A DNA stretch of 64,000 nt. Source: Candidatus Pacearchaeota archaeon. GTDB taxonomy: Archaea; Nanobdellota; Nanobdellia; Pacearchaeales; GW2011-AR1. Both the position numbers and the translations under genes were made by a program. A model generated the notes under the pieces. The model did no database searches. It was given only the letters and a program-made list of their open reading frames with translations, and was not told the DNA's origin. Shown here piece after piece: positions 56,617 through 64,000 of the stretch; position 1 is the stretch's first letter, and every line of letters begins with the position of its first letter. The stretch lies in NCBI GenBank assembly GCA_023136775.1, contig JAGLQO010000005.1, forward strand, positions 8,198 through 72,197, written 5' to 3'.

Positions 56617-57907
56617 GGAAATTGGAAAATTAGTTGAATGGAATCCCTGGTGGGAAAATAAAAATTTACTAACCAATCTAACAGGTAAGCCCAGACCAGC
56701 ATACAATATACTAGTTAATTCTATTAAAATAAAAGAAATAACAATTATAACAGGCGTTAGAAGAGCAGGAAAAAGTACACTGATGTATCAAATGATAGAA
56801 AATTTGTTTGCTAAGAATATTGATCCAAAACAAATATTATTTGTTAATCTAGAAGACAAAACATTGTCTAAAGATTCTCTGGAAGATATTTATTTGACTT
56901 ACAGAAAAGATATTAATCCAGATAAACGAGCATACATTTTCCTTGACGAAATTCATAAAAGAGAAGGATGGGAAAGTTGGGTAAGGAAAAAATATGATCT
57001 TAAAACAAATGATAAATTTATTATTTCTGGATCATGTTCTTATTTGTTAAAGAAGGAATATTCAACATTATTGACTGGCAGAAATCTTACCTTTGAAGTA
57101 TTTCCCTCAAGCTTTGATGAATTTTTATTATTTAAAAAAGTAATTATTAACAAAAAAGATATAAAAAAAGGCATAATTTTGGAAAAAACAAAAAATTCTA
57201 TTCTAAAAAATCTTAATGAATATTTGAATATAGGAGGATTTCCAGAAATAGAGTTCAAACAAAAAGATTATCAGATGAAAATATTGAAACAGTATTTTGA
57301 TGATATTTTATTTAAAGATATAATAGATAGATTCAATTTGAATAGCCAGAAAACTGAAGACTTGGCATTATTTTTTATAACTAACGTTACAAGTTTAGTC
57401 TCCTTAAGAAATATAAGAAATTCGTTAAATTTATCCTATGATACCATTAAAGAATATATGTCACATTTTAAAGATGCCTTTTTGTTTTTTACCCTTGATT
57501 ATTTTTCATATTCTTTAAAGGAACAAAAGACAATGGCGTCTAAAGTATATTGTGTGGACAGTGGTTTAAGAAATGCAGTTTCATTTAAATTCTCTCGAGA
57601 CTTGGGAAAATTAGCAGAGAATTTAGTTTTTGTAGAATTGAAAAGAAGAGAAAATGAATTTTATTATTGGAAAACTCCAAAAGAAGAAGTCGATTTCGTA
57701 ATTAAAGAAAAAAACAATTCTTTGACTGCTATAAATGTCTCGTATACGGACGAAATTGATGATAGAGAAACTAGGGGACTCTTAAATTTTAATAAACAAT
57801 TTGAAAAATGTAAAAAATTGATTTTATTAACGAAGGATTTAGAAAAAAAAGAAAAGGGAATTTTATTTATTCCCTTATGGAAATGGTTAATAATAACTGA
57901 TAAATAA
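56615..57907 (+). CDS. AAA+ ATPase of the AAA_14/DUF4143 family
   Basis: Walker A GVRRAGKST, Walker B IFLDEIH. Family-typical N-terminus WNPWW. Confidence 0.6.
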   Translation: MEIGKLVEWNPWWENKNLLTNLTGKPRPAYNILVNSIKIKEITIITGVRRAGKSTLMYQMIENLFAKNIDPKQILFVNLEDKTLSKDSLEDIYLTYRKDINPDKRAYIFLDEIHKREGWESWVRKKYDLKTNDKFIISGSCSYLLKKEYSTLLTGRNLTFEVFPSSFDEFLLFKKVIINKKDIKKGIILEKTKNSILKNLNEYLNIGGFPEIEFKQKDYQMKILKQYFDDILFKDIIDRFNLNSQKTEDLALFFITNVTSLVSLRNIRNSLNLSYDTIKEYMSHFKDAFLFFTLDYFSYSLKEQKTMASKVYCVDSGLRNAVSFKFSRDLGKLAENLVFVELKRRENEFYYWKTPKEEVDFVIKEKNNSLTAINVSYTDEIDDRETRGLLNFNKQFEKCKKLILLTKDLEKKEKGILFIPLWKWLIITDK

Positions 57908-58131
57908 AAAATTAAATCATATTAACTAATATTGTTGCTCCCAAATCCTCAAAAATCAACAACACCAATTTCTTCAATATTATTTTCCTCATCCTCTTCA
58001 TCAATTAAATTTTTCAAAATCAATTATCCCACTTAATCATTTCAGCCAATCAATTTCACTTCAAAAATTAATTTTTAGAAAACCTAAAAAAGAATATAAC
58101 CTAATTAATCATAGAGTCACAATATTAGAAA

Positions 58132-58893
58132 ATGGAAAAACAAATAGTAACTAAACTAACCAAAAACTTCGAAGAACACGTAAACAAAAAAGATAACCTT
58201 GAATTTTGGTTTGCAAGAGATTTACAAGTATTACTTGGCTATACTGAATGGAGAAATTTCCTAAAAGCTATAGAAAGAGCAAAAGAATCTTGCAAATCAG
58301 CAAATCAGCAAATCAGCTATCATTTTGCTGACGCCAACAAAACGATAGCTATGCCCAAAGGAGCAACTAAGGAGATTAAGGACTATATGCTCACAAGATA
58401 TGCTTGTTATCTTATAGCACAAAATGGTGACCCAAGAAAACAAGAAATAGCATTTGCTCAAAGTTACTTCGCAATCCAAACCAGAAAACAAGAATTAATC
58501 GAAGAGCGAATCGCACTAAAAGAACGTTTTGAAACTAGAGAAAAACTAATTAAATCAGAAACCGAATTATCAAAATTAATCTATGAACGCGGAGTAGACG
58601 AGATGGGCTTTGGAAGAATAAGAAGCAAAGGAGATAATGCATTATTTGGAGGAAACGACACCAAGCAAATAAAACAAAAATTCAACATTCCTAAAAGTAG
58701 ACCTTTGGCAGATTTTTTACCAACAGTAACCATAGCGGCAAAAAATTTTGCAACAGAAATTACAAATTTTAATGTTCAAAAAGATAACTTACAGGGAGAA
58801 AATAAAATCACCGATGAACACATAAGAAATAATACAAGAATAGGAGGAGTTTTGTTAGAAGACAATATTGTACCAGAAAAATTATCCCAGTAG
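58132..58893 (+). CDS. dinD: DNA damage-inducible protein D (DinD) family
   Basis: YACYLIAQNGDPRKQEIAFAQSYFAIQTRKQE closely matches the DinD core (recalled from E. coli DinD). Confidence 0.6.
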   Translation: MEKQIVTKLTKNFEEHVNKKDNLEFWFARDLQVLLGYTEWRNFLKAIERAKESCKSANQQISYHFADANKTIAMPKGATKEIKDYMLTRYACYLIAQNGDPRKQEIAFAQSYFAIQTRKQELIEERIALKERFETREKLIKSETELSKLIYERGVDEMGFGRIRSKGDNALFGGNDTKQIKQKFNIPKSRPLADFLPTVTIAAKNFATEITNFNVQKDNLQGENKITDEHIRNNTRIGGVLLEDNIVPEKLSQ

Positions 58894-58950
58894 AAGATAT
58901 AAAAAAATTAGAAAGAAAAATCAATAGGAAAAAAAGAATTCCCATCAAAC

Positions 58951-58998
58951 AAAGAAACAAAGAAACAAAGAAACAAAGAAACAAAGAAACAAAGAAAC
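58951..58998. repeat. octanucleotide microsatellite (aaagaaac)x6
   Basis: Seen directly. Confidence 0.7.
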
Positions 58999-59047
58999 TA
59001 GAATAAAAAATACAATTACCTATAAATCTCATCCAATACTCCCAAAT

Positions 59048-59150
59048 TCATTGTCCCCAATCCGTGAATGGGCAAGCCCATCCGTGCAATCCGTGAGCAA
59101 AAATTGCCTTCCTTCCCCTTGCCTCGAATCCTCTGAATCCATCAAATCCG
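59048..59150 (+). repeat. R2 module (hairpin tgggcaagccca)
   Basis: aatccgtgaatgggcaagcccatccgtgcaatccgtgagcaaaaa...ctgaatcc...aaatccgcgagcaaaa. Confidence 0.65.
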
Positions 59151-59205
59151 CGAGCAAAACAGCTTTCCCAACAAGTTATTTAAACTAACATCTCAATATT
59201 ATTAA

Positions 59206-59766
59206 ATGAGAAAAATCAAATCCAAAAATCAAATAGAAAAAAAACAAAAAAGAAATCAATTAATTCTAGGAATAATAATGGTCTTTTTATTAGTAGGCTC
59301 AGTCGCAGGATTTTCACTTATGAGTCAAGATAACGACGATTCCTCAAAAGTAGAAGAATACGGATTAGAGTTTTATAGAGAAAACGGAGTTTGGAAAACA
59401 CTAATCGGAGAAGAGGCCTTCGCTTTTCAAAATTTACCTTCAGAAGTTTCAAACATAAAAGTAGATACAAATATAACTCTAGGGCAATATTCAAACCAGC
59501 CAGTATACTTGGTAAATCCAAATCAAGGCATACAAGAAATATCAAACAACATAGGAAAATATATCCAAAGATTTAATGAAGCTTGTCTGCAAGGACAAAA
59601 TTGTACAAAAGATGTCCCAACAAAAGACTGCTCAAGTAACATAATCATATTCGAAGCAGGTAACGAAACAAAAGTTTATTCCAAACAAAACTGCGTGTAC
59701 ATCGTCGGTGATTCGATTAAAGCAGCTGACGCATTTTTATATAAAATTCTAGGTATCACACAATGA
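59206..59766 (+). CDS. N-terminally anchored secreted protein
   Basis: Basic N-terminus then TM LILGIIMVFLLVGSVAGFSLM. Confidence 0.4.
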   Translation: MRKIKSKNQIEKKQKRNQLILGIIMVFLLVGSVAGFSLMSQDNDDSSKVEEYGLEFYRENGVWKTLIGEEAFAFQNLPSEVSNIKVDTNITLGQYSNQPVYLVNPNQGIQEISNNIGKYIQRFNEACLQGQNCTKDVPTKDCSSNIIIFEAGNETKVYSKQNCVYIVGDSIKAADAFLYKILGITQ

Positions 59767-60485
59767 AAGTTGAAAAGTTAACTGAAGAAGAAAAGGAAGA
59801 AAAAATTCAAGAAGGTGAACTTCCAAAAAAGTCAGTCAGACAAAAAGAAAATAGACAATTGATTTGGTTCTTTGTAATTATAGGAATTGTTTTTATGTCA
59901 TTTTTGGGACCATATTTTTACATTCAAGATTCAAAGACTTTTGAATACGCACACATAGATTGGGCGATTGAAGATTACGAAAGTTTGCGAATTTATCACG
60001 GAAGATTCCCAGTTCTTACAAACCCGACAGTAACATTCAATACATATCTAAGAACAGATCCAAGAGAAAACAACATAGAAACTGTTGGAGAATTTGTTGA
60101 TTTCGACTCAAAAGCAATAATTTCAATGAGTCCAGAAGTAGATAGTTGCCGAGGAGAATTAAGTAGAGTAATGTTGGATTTAAGCAGTTTCTTAAAAGAA
60201 GGTCTTGGAGTAAGTGAAATAGTTGTAGGCTCAACCGTACAAGAATCAGCGACGAATTTAGACAGACCATACGCAACTTGTGATTCGGTTCAAGGAAAAA
60301 CTTTAGTAATTGTAGAATTAGGCGACGAGTCAAAAGTGGTCCAAAACGAAAATAATAAAAAATGTTACACAATTTATGCATCTAGTTGTGCGGACTTAAC
60401 GGGTGCAGAAAAGTTCATCGTAAAAACAGTAGACGATATAGAAACTATGCTAGACGAAGCTCGAGCAAAAAAGCAGGAGCAATAA
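59763..60485 (+). CDS. N-terminally anchored membrane protein
   Basis: KE-rich N-terminus, TM LIWFFVIIGIVFMSFLGPYFYI. Confidence 0.4.
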   Translation: MKVEKLTEEEKEEKIQEGELPKKSVRQKENRQLIWFFVIIGIVFMSFLGPYFYIQDSKTFEYAHIDWAIEDYESLRIYHGRFPVLTNPTVTFNTYLRTDPRENNIETVGEFVDFDSKAIISMSPEVDSCRGELSRVMLDLSSFLKEGLGVSEIVVGSTVQESATNLDRPYATCDSVQGKTLVIVELGDESKVVQNENNKKCYTIYASSCADLTGAEKFIVKTVDDIETMLDEARAKKQEQ

Positions 60486-60962
60486 ATGTCAGCTCAAATC
60501 TACCTTGCATATTTATTAACAATTCTTCCAGTTTTTGAACTTCGTGCAGGACTGCCTCTAGTCATTGAATACGCCCTAAAAAACAATCAGCAAATCTGGC
60601 CATACGTTTTGATAGTAATTATCCTAAATATCTTAGCAATATTTTTAGCATTTATGTTCTTGGATTTCTTGCATAATATATTAATGAACTTTAAATTCTA
60701 CAAAAAATTAATCAATAAAGTTCTAATCAAAGCTCAAAAAAAAGCCGCCAAGCTAGAAAAGAAAATGGATAAATGGGGCTACGTTGCATTAATGCTACTT
60801 GTCGCAGTTCCACTCCCAGGAACAGGAGCTTACACAGGAGCTTTAGTCTCATGGATTTTAGGATTAAATAGAAAAAATAGCTTAATCGCAATCGCAGCAG
60901 GAGTAATAATCGCAGGACTACTTGTACTTCTTATTACTCTCGGATTTGCTAGAGTTTTTTAA
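60486..60962 (+). CDS. small multidrug-export-like membrane protein (COG2426/PF06695)
   Basis: LPVFELRAGLPLVIEY and PLPGTGAYTGALVSWILG motifs. Confidence 0.55.
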   Translation: MSAQIYLAYLLTILPVFELRAGLPLVIEYALKNNQQIWPYVLIVIILNILAIFLAFMFLDFLHNILMNFKFYKKLINKVLIKAQKKAAKLEKKMDKWGYVALMLLVAVPLPGTGAYTGALVSWILGLNRKNSLIAIAAGVIIAGLLVLLITLGFARVF

Positions 60963-61067
60963 ATACATAAAATCAATTAGATGAAAAATTTCTACGCAAT
61001 AAAAATTCAAATCGCTCAATTAGAGAAGCTCTGCTTCTCGTATGCAATATAGTTCTTTCATGTCTTA

Positions 61068-61132
61068 AAATCCGTGAATGACGAAGTCATACGTGTAATC
61101 CGTGAGCAAATTGCTTTTTGTCTTGAATCCAA
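61068..61132 (+). repeat. R2 module (hairpin tgac-gaa-gtca)
   Basis: aatccgtgaatgacgaagtcatacgtgtaatccgtgagcaaattgc...cttgaatcc. Confidence 0.6.
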
Positions 61133-61141
61133 AACCCAAGT

Positions 61142-61681
61142 TTATTTCCCCTTCCCCTTAATCCCCTCACCAGACAATTTTCTAATATACATAAAATCAG
61201 TATATCCAGGAACAGCCTTTATCTTAAAATACCTAACAACACCAAACCAAATTCCAACAACAAACAAAGTAGACACCAAATGCCAAAATATCCAATGCAC
61301 TAATTCAAAATTTGAAGTTCCAATTAAGCCAGCCAAAACCAAAAGCCTAAACATATTGACAATAAAAAAAGCCACCAAAGAAGCCCCAACAACCTTAATC
61401 CTAGTCTTCCAATTCATAGCTGTCAACATAACTAAAACGAACAAAAGATAATAAGCAGCCCCTGCAACGCACGCAGGAACTATCTCCACAACAGTCTCAC
61501 CAAAATTAACAATATTTCCATACAAGTTAGCCTCGGTAAAAAGATTAACAATAAAATAAAAAACACGAACAGTCAACGGAGTAAGAACCTTGTAAAACAA
61601 ATATAAATCGCCAAGTCCAAGCAAAAGCACAGCAAAATATCTAGAAAACAATCCAATCAATTTTTTATTCTGTTTGTCCAT
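61142..61681 (-). CDS. small polytopic membrane protein, candidate archaeosortase/exosortase-family
   Basis: 179 aa, about 5 TM. IVPACVAGAAYY (Cys in a TM helix) and NMFRLL (Arg), loosely like the exosortase catalytic Cys/Arg arrangement. Confidence 0.3.
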   Translation of the reverse strand: MDKQNKKLIGLFSRYFAVLLLGLGDLYLFYKVLTPLTVRVFYFIVNLFTEANLYGNIVNFGETVVEIVPACVAGAAYYLLFVLVMLTAMNWKTRIKVVGASLVAFFIVNMFRLLVLAGLIGTSNFELVHWIFWHLVSTLFVVGIWFGVVRYFKIKAVPGYTDFMYIRKLSGEGIKGKGK

Positions 61682-61692
61682 AATTTTTTCTC

Positions 61693-62535
61693 CTATTTTT
61701 CAATTAATTTTTTCTTTTTAATATCTAAATAATTGTTTTTTGACACAACACTTTTCCCAAGCGTATTTTCAAAATCAATTCTTGCATTTCCCGCAACTTT
61801 ACCACCATCTTTAGCATCATCTTTCAATCTTGGAAATCCCTCAGAATCGCGTTCTTTAGTTAATCTTGTAGTGGTCGCCTCTCCAAGCATAGTAAGAATT
61901 AATTCAACATCATCCATATGATCTCTTAGATTTTCCTTGTCCAAATTCTTATGATTTTTGTATTCGTCAACCGTTTTGCCGAATGTAGCTTTAGAAATTT
62001 CGTTAGTTAAAATAGCAAAACCCTTACCATCTTCAACTCCCCTATTTTTCCACTCATCTGTTAAACTTTGTCTAACAGCAATTCCACGAATCCGTTTATC
62101 TACCCAAGATTTGGGATAACCTTTCTGTTCATAAATAGTTTTCATCCTATCTTGGGCAAGTTCAGGATTCTCAATTTCATCAATTCTATCTGAACCAACC
62201 TTCGCCAACCATAATTTAAATGGCTCAGCTTTCTTAGATGGAATTGATTGAATAATTCTGAGAATACCTTGTTTATCGGCACAATCAGTCTTATACGTTT
62301 TCCCATCATTTGACATCATTTTCAGTTGTACCCAAATTGGGGACAACTGAAGTTGCACAAATTCTCTATTTTTAACTTTCCCCCAATATTGTCTTGGATT
62401 GGGACTCTCACTTAAAACTCCGACAACATCAACAATACTAAAAAACCATTCCCCCCTGTACAAGATTCTCCTAATCCTCTTATTATCAAAAACAATCAAT
62501 TTCTTATCTTCCATGATTAATATAAATTCTATCAA
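61693..62535 (-). CDS. Bro-N/KilA-N domain protein
   Basis: LIVFDNKRIRRILYRGEWFFSIVDVVGVLSESPNPRQYW matches the Bro-N signature. Confidence 0.55.
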   Translation of the reverse strand: MIEFILIMEDKKLIVFDNKRIRRILYRGEWFFSIVDVVGVLSESPNPRQYWGKVKNREFVQLQLSPIWVQLKMMSNDGKTYKTDCADKQGILRIIQSIPSKKAEPFKLWLAKVGSDRIDEIENPELAQDRMKTIYEQKGYPKSWVDKRIRGIAVRQSLTDEWKNRGVEDGKGFAILTNEISKATFGKTVDEYKNHKNLDKENLRDHMDDVELILTMLGEATTTRLTKERDSEGFPRLKDDAKDGGKVAGNARIDFENTLGKSVVSKNNYLDIKKKKLIEK

Positions 62536-62624
62536 AGTTTTATACTTTTCTAATCATTTCCATATATCCAAAAACAAACAGAGCTTTAATTAATTATTGA
62601 AACTTAGTGGTAGTGTTTTAGAGA

Positions 62625-63010
62625 AGCTGTGCTTCTCGTATATCATAAGTCTCCCTCATTTCGCTCCGCTACATTCACTCGGGCAAATCACTACGCTAAC
62701 GCTCCGTTGCACAACTTACTCATTTAATCGTTCGGGGAACCCTTGCTCCAAAAAATAAAAGCTGACTTCCACTAAAAATAACAATACTCCATGAGAAATG
62801 CAGCGTCCGAAGATGCTGCAATTTATTATGGAAGAACATTCCGAACAACGGCGAAACAAATGTTTCGCCTCAATATATCAAATCATCTGCGAGGGTCTGC
62901 CCCAACCTAAAAAATATATATCAGTGAGGGTGCGCTAGTCGGTAAGTGATTTGGAATCTAAAATCCTGTGTGGATTTTTACGAAGAAAATTTCACCAGAA
63001 ATTTTTTCGG
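62625..63010 (+). repeat. R1 mosaic repeat, full copy iii (starts with hairpin gagaagctgtgcttctc)
   Basis: agtctccctcatttcgctccgctacattcactc...ctccatgagaaatgcagcgtccgaagatgctgcaatttattatggaagaacattccgaacaacgg...aatatatcaaatcatctgcgag...agtcggtaagtgat...aaaatcctgtgtggatttt...ttcaccagaaa. Confidence 0.6.
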
Positions 63011-63013
63011 CAT

Positions 63014-64000
63014 TTAAAATTGTGCTTTTGCAGGTCTTTTAGAAGAAACCTTTACAATCAAAACAACCAAGATTAAAATTAACATTCCAGAAATTCCAGC
63101 CACCAAATAAAGAGTCATCCCACTAAGTCCAAAGAATTCAGTATCTCCCTTAATGTTTACAGTAACCGGTTGATTGAAAGTTTCTCCATCAACAGTAGCC
63201 CCAATCTTGAAAGATTGCATTCCAGATTCTGTTGGCATAAGAACCACAGTAACCTCAACTTCTTCACCCTCAGCAATAGTTGCAGTTTCAGGCGTAATAC
63301 TTACAAGCGTAGCCCAAGATTCATATCCAGAAACAAATACCTTAAAGTCGTCACTGTCCCCATTATTTGTAATTATAGTTTTAACAACCAATTCAGTTCC
63401 CTCAACAGTAGCCGATTCCAAAGTTGGACTTATAGAAGGGCTAGGAGTTTTATATTGAATTGTAATAGTTTTTGTTTCTTCAGCTTTATCGTTTTCCTTA
63501 TTTTCATAAATATGCTTACTTGCCATTTTTTCATCGTCATAAGCAGTGAATTTAATCTTATAATCTCTATACTCCGCATCTACAGGGATAGTTACTGTTA
63601 TTTCAAAAAGTTCCTTATCAAGAGCATCAATTCCAGAATCAAATTCAATAATTTCATCTATTCTTAGAGCATTATTATAAATTTCTAAAAATATTTCATC
63701 ATCCTTTATGTCTTTGTCTCCAACATTCCAAATTTCTCCAGAAATCTTTACTTTGCTTCCTGTCAAGAATTCATTTTCTCCAACCATTCCAGATAAAGAT
63801 TCAAATTCTATATTATTTAAGATTACAAATTCTTCGTCAGTTCTAATTTCAATATCATCATTGTCTTCAAAACAAGAGTCTTCTCCGTCAATAGCCTCAC
63901 TGGCATCAGAATCGTCAATTGTTCCTTTTGCTCCAACAACAATTTGGTAATCTTTATTTTCGCTTAATTCTTCAGGGTCAACTTGAAATGTAATAATAAT
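63014..64000 (-). CDS. secreted protein with C-terminal (T)EF-hydrophobic-basic anchor, 5' end beyond window
   Basis: Frame stays open upstream of the Met at 63787 to the window edge. C-terminus GDTEFFGLSGMTLYLVAGISGMLILILVVLIVKVSSKRPAKAQF resembles a PEF/PGF-CTERM sorting signal. Confidence 0.5.
   Translation of the reverse strand: MIITFQVDPEELSENKDYQIVVGAKGTIDDSDASEAIDGEDSCFEDNDDIEIRTDEEFVILNNIEFESLSGMVGENEFLTGSKVKISGEIWNVGDKDIKDDEIFLEIYNNALRIDEIIEFDSGIDALDKELFEITVTIPVDAEYRDYKIKFTAYDDEKMASKHIYENKENDKAEETKTITIQYKTPSPSISPTLESATVEGTELVVKTIITNNGDSDDFKVFVSGYESWATLVSITPETATIAEGEEVEVTVVLMPTESGMQSFKIGATVDGETFNQPVTVNIKGDTEFFGLSGMTLYLVAGISGMLILILVVLIVKVSSKRPAKAQF

Noticed and set aside
534-60381. 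Other short ORFs overlapping longer annotated genes (e.g. 534-731, 796-1077, 2934-3119, 5941-6153, 6394-6720, 7447-7846, 7831-8148, 8338-8586, 8891-9385, 9912-10145, 12985-13323, 13518-14186, 28000-28392, 28714-28959, 29974-30174, 30392-31119, 33619-33834, 34827-35045, 36077-38800 set, 39817-40263, 40865-41071, 41811-43207 set, 45222-45419, 46527-46739, 49058-49288, 49393-50000 set, 50070-50632, 51090-51365, 52283-53057, 55345-55777, 57040-57258, 58297-58491, 58808-59032, 59318-59576, 60037-60381, 61733-61921, 62399-62593, 63170-63950 set)
   Set aside because: Shadow ORFs within or antisense to better-supported genes, or located in repeat or non-coding regions. None has motif support.
30080-61132. 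Possible CRISPR array formed by the ATCCGTG repeats
   Set aside because: Repeat units are short (7-14 nt), irregularly spaced, present in both orientations and dispersed in small groups. No regular 25-40-nt repeat/spacer periodicity and no cas genes.
61074-61451. Plus-strand ORF overlapping the archaeosortase-like gene
   Set aside because: Begins inside an R2 repeat and has no membrane or motif features, while the opposite-strand ORF 61142-61681 is a coherent polytopic membrane protein.

Overview
AT-rich window (about 30% GC by eye, no measurement) from an archaeon. The archaeal assignment rests on the archaeal/eukaryal-only r-proteins S4e, L32e and L19e plus SUI1 inside one ribosomal super-operon, on AglB/STT3, PCNA and an AEP-type PriS primase, and on class-III signal peptides. 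Gene content and the abundance of repeats suggest a small-genome DPANN-like lineage, which is inference. Layout: (1) 1-6.4 kb holds an N-glycosylation locus (wecB fragment, APH-like kinase, SAM methyltransferase, aglB, an AglH-like GlcNAc-1-P transferase) with a GC-richer structured non-coding region between aglB and aglH. (2) 6.4-14 kb holds HEPN/MNT genes, a DUF95-like membrane gene preceded by two tandem duplicated leader uORFs, an eIF-2B-family gene, two secreted Cys-rich surface proteins and a GIY-YIG gene. (3) 14.7-29 kb holds a 23-gene ribosomal operon (L3 through L15), two non-canonical genes plus a repeat element inserted before secY, secY, and a YidC/DUF106-like gene. (4) 30-34 kb holds PriS and PCNA divergently arranged, and a RhuM gene interrupted by a single in-frame TAG at a conserved Trp position. 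(5) 34-50 kb is the most interesting part: a tandemly duplicated two-gene module (a pilin-like protein with a class-III signal and Gln at +1, followed by a giant ~1250/1435-aa Cys-rich protein with an internal Gly-rich hydrophobic bundle). It is interleaved with three HEPN/MNT pairs and followed by four more class-III pilin-like genes and a hicBA cassette inserted with a 110-bp direct repeat. (6) 50-64 kb holds GxxExxY, HTH, an S-layer-like acidic protein with a ~0.9-kb leader, an AlbA_2/HATPase gene inserted between ~350-560-bp direct repeats that duplicate the S-layer gene 3' end, an AAA ATPase with a palindromic operator, DinD, a Bro-N protein, small membrane proteins, and an archaeosortase-like gene next to a C-terminally anchored secreted protein. 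Two non-coding repeat families with compensatory hairpin changes are scattered through the window. R1 is a mosaic element that sits immediately upstream of rpl3 and secY and close upstream of the DUF106 gene. R2 is an ATCCGTGAGCAAA triple-repeat module with a covarying CGAAG-capped hairpin, found only in the accessory half. No tRNA, rRNA or CRISPR array was found.
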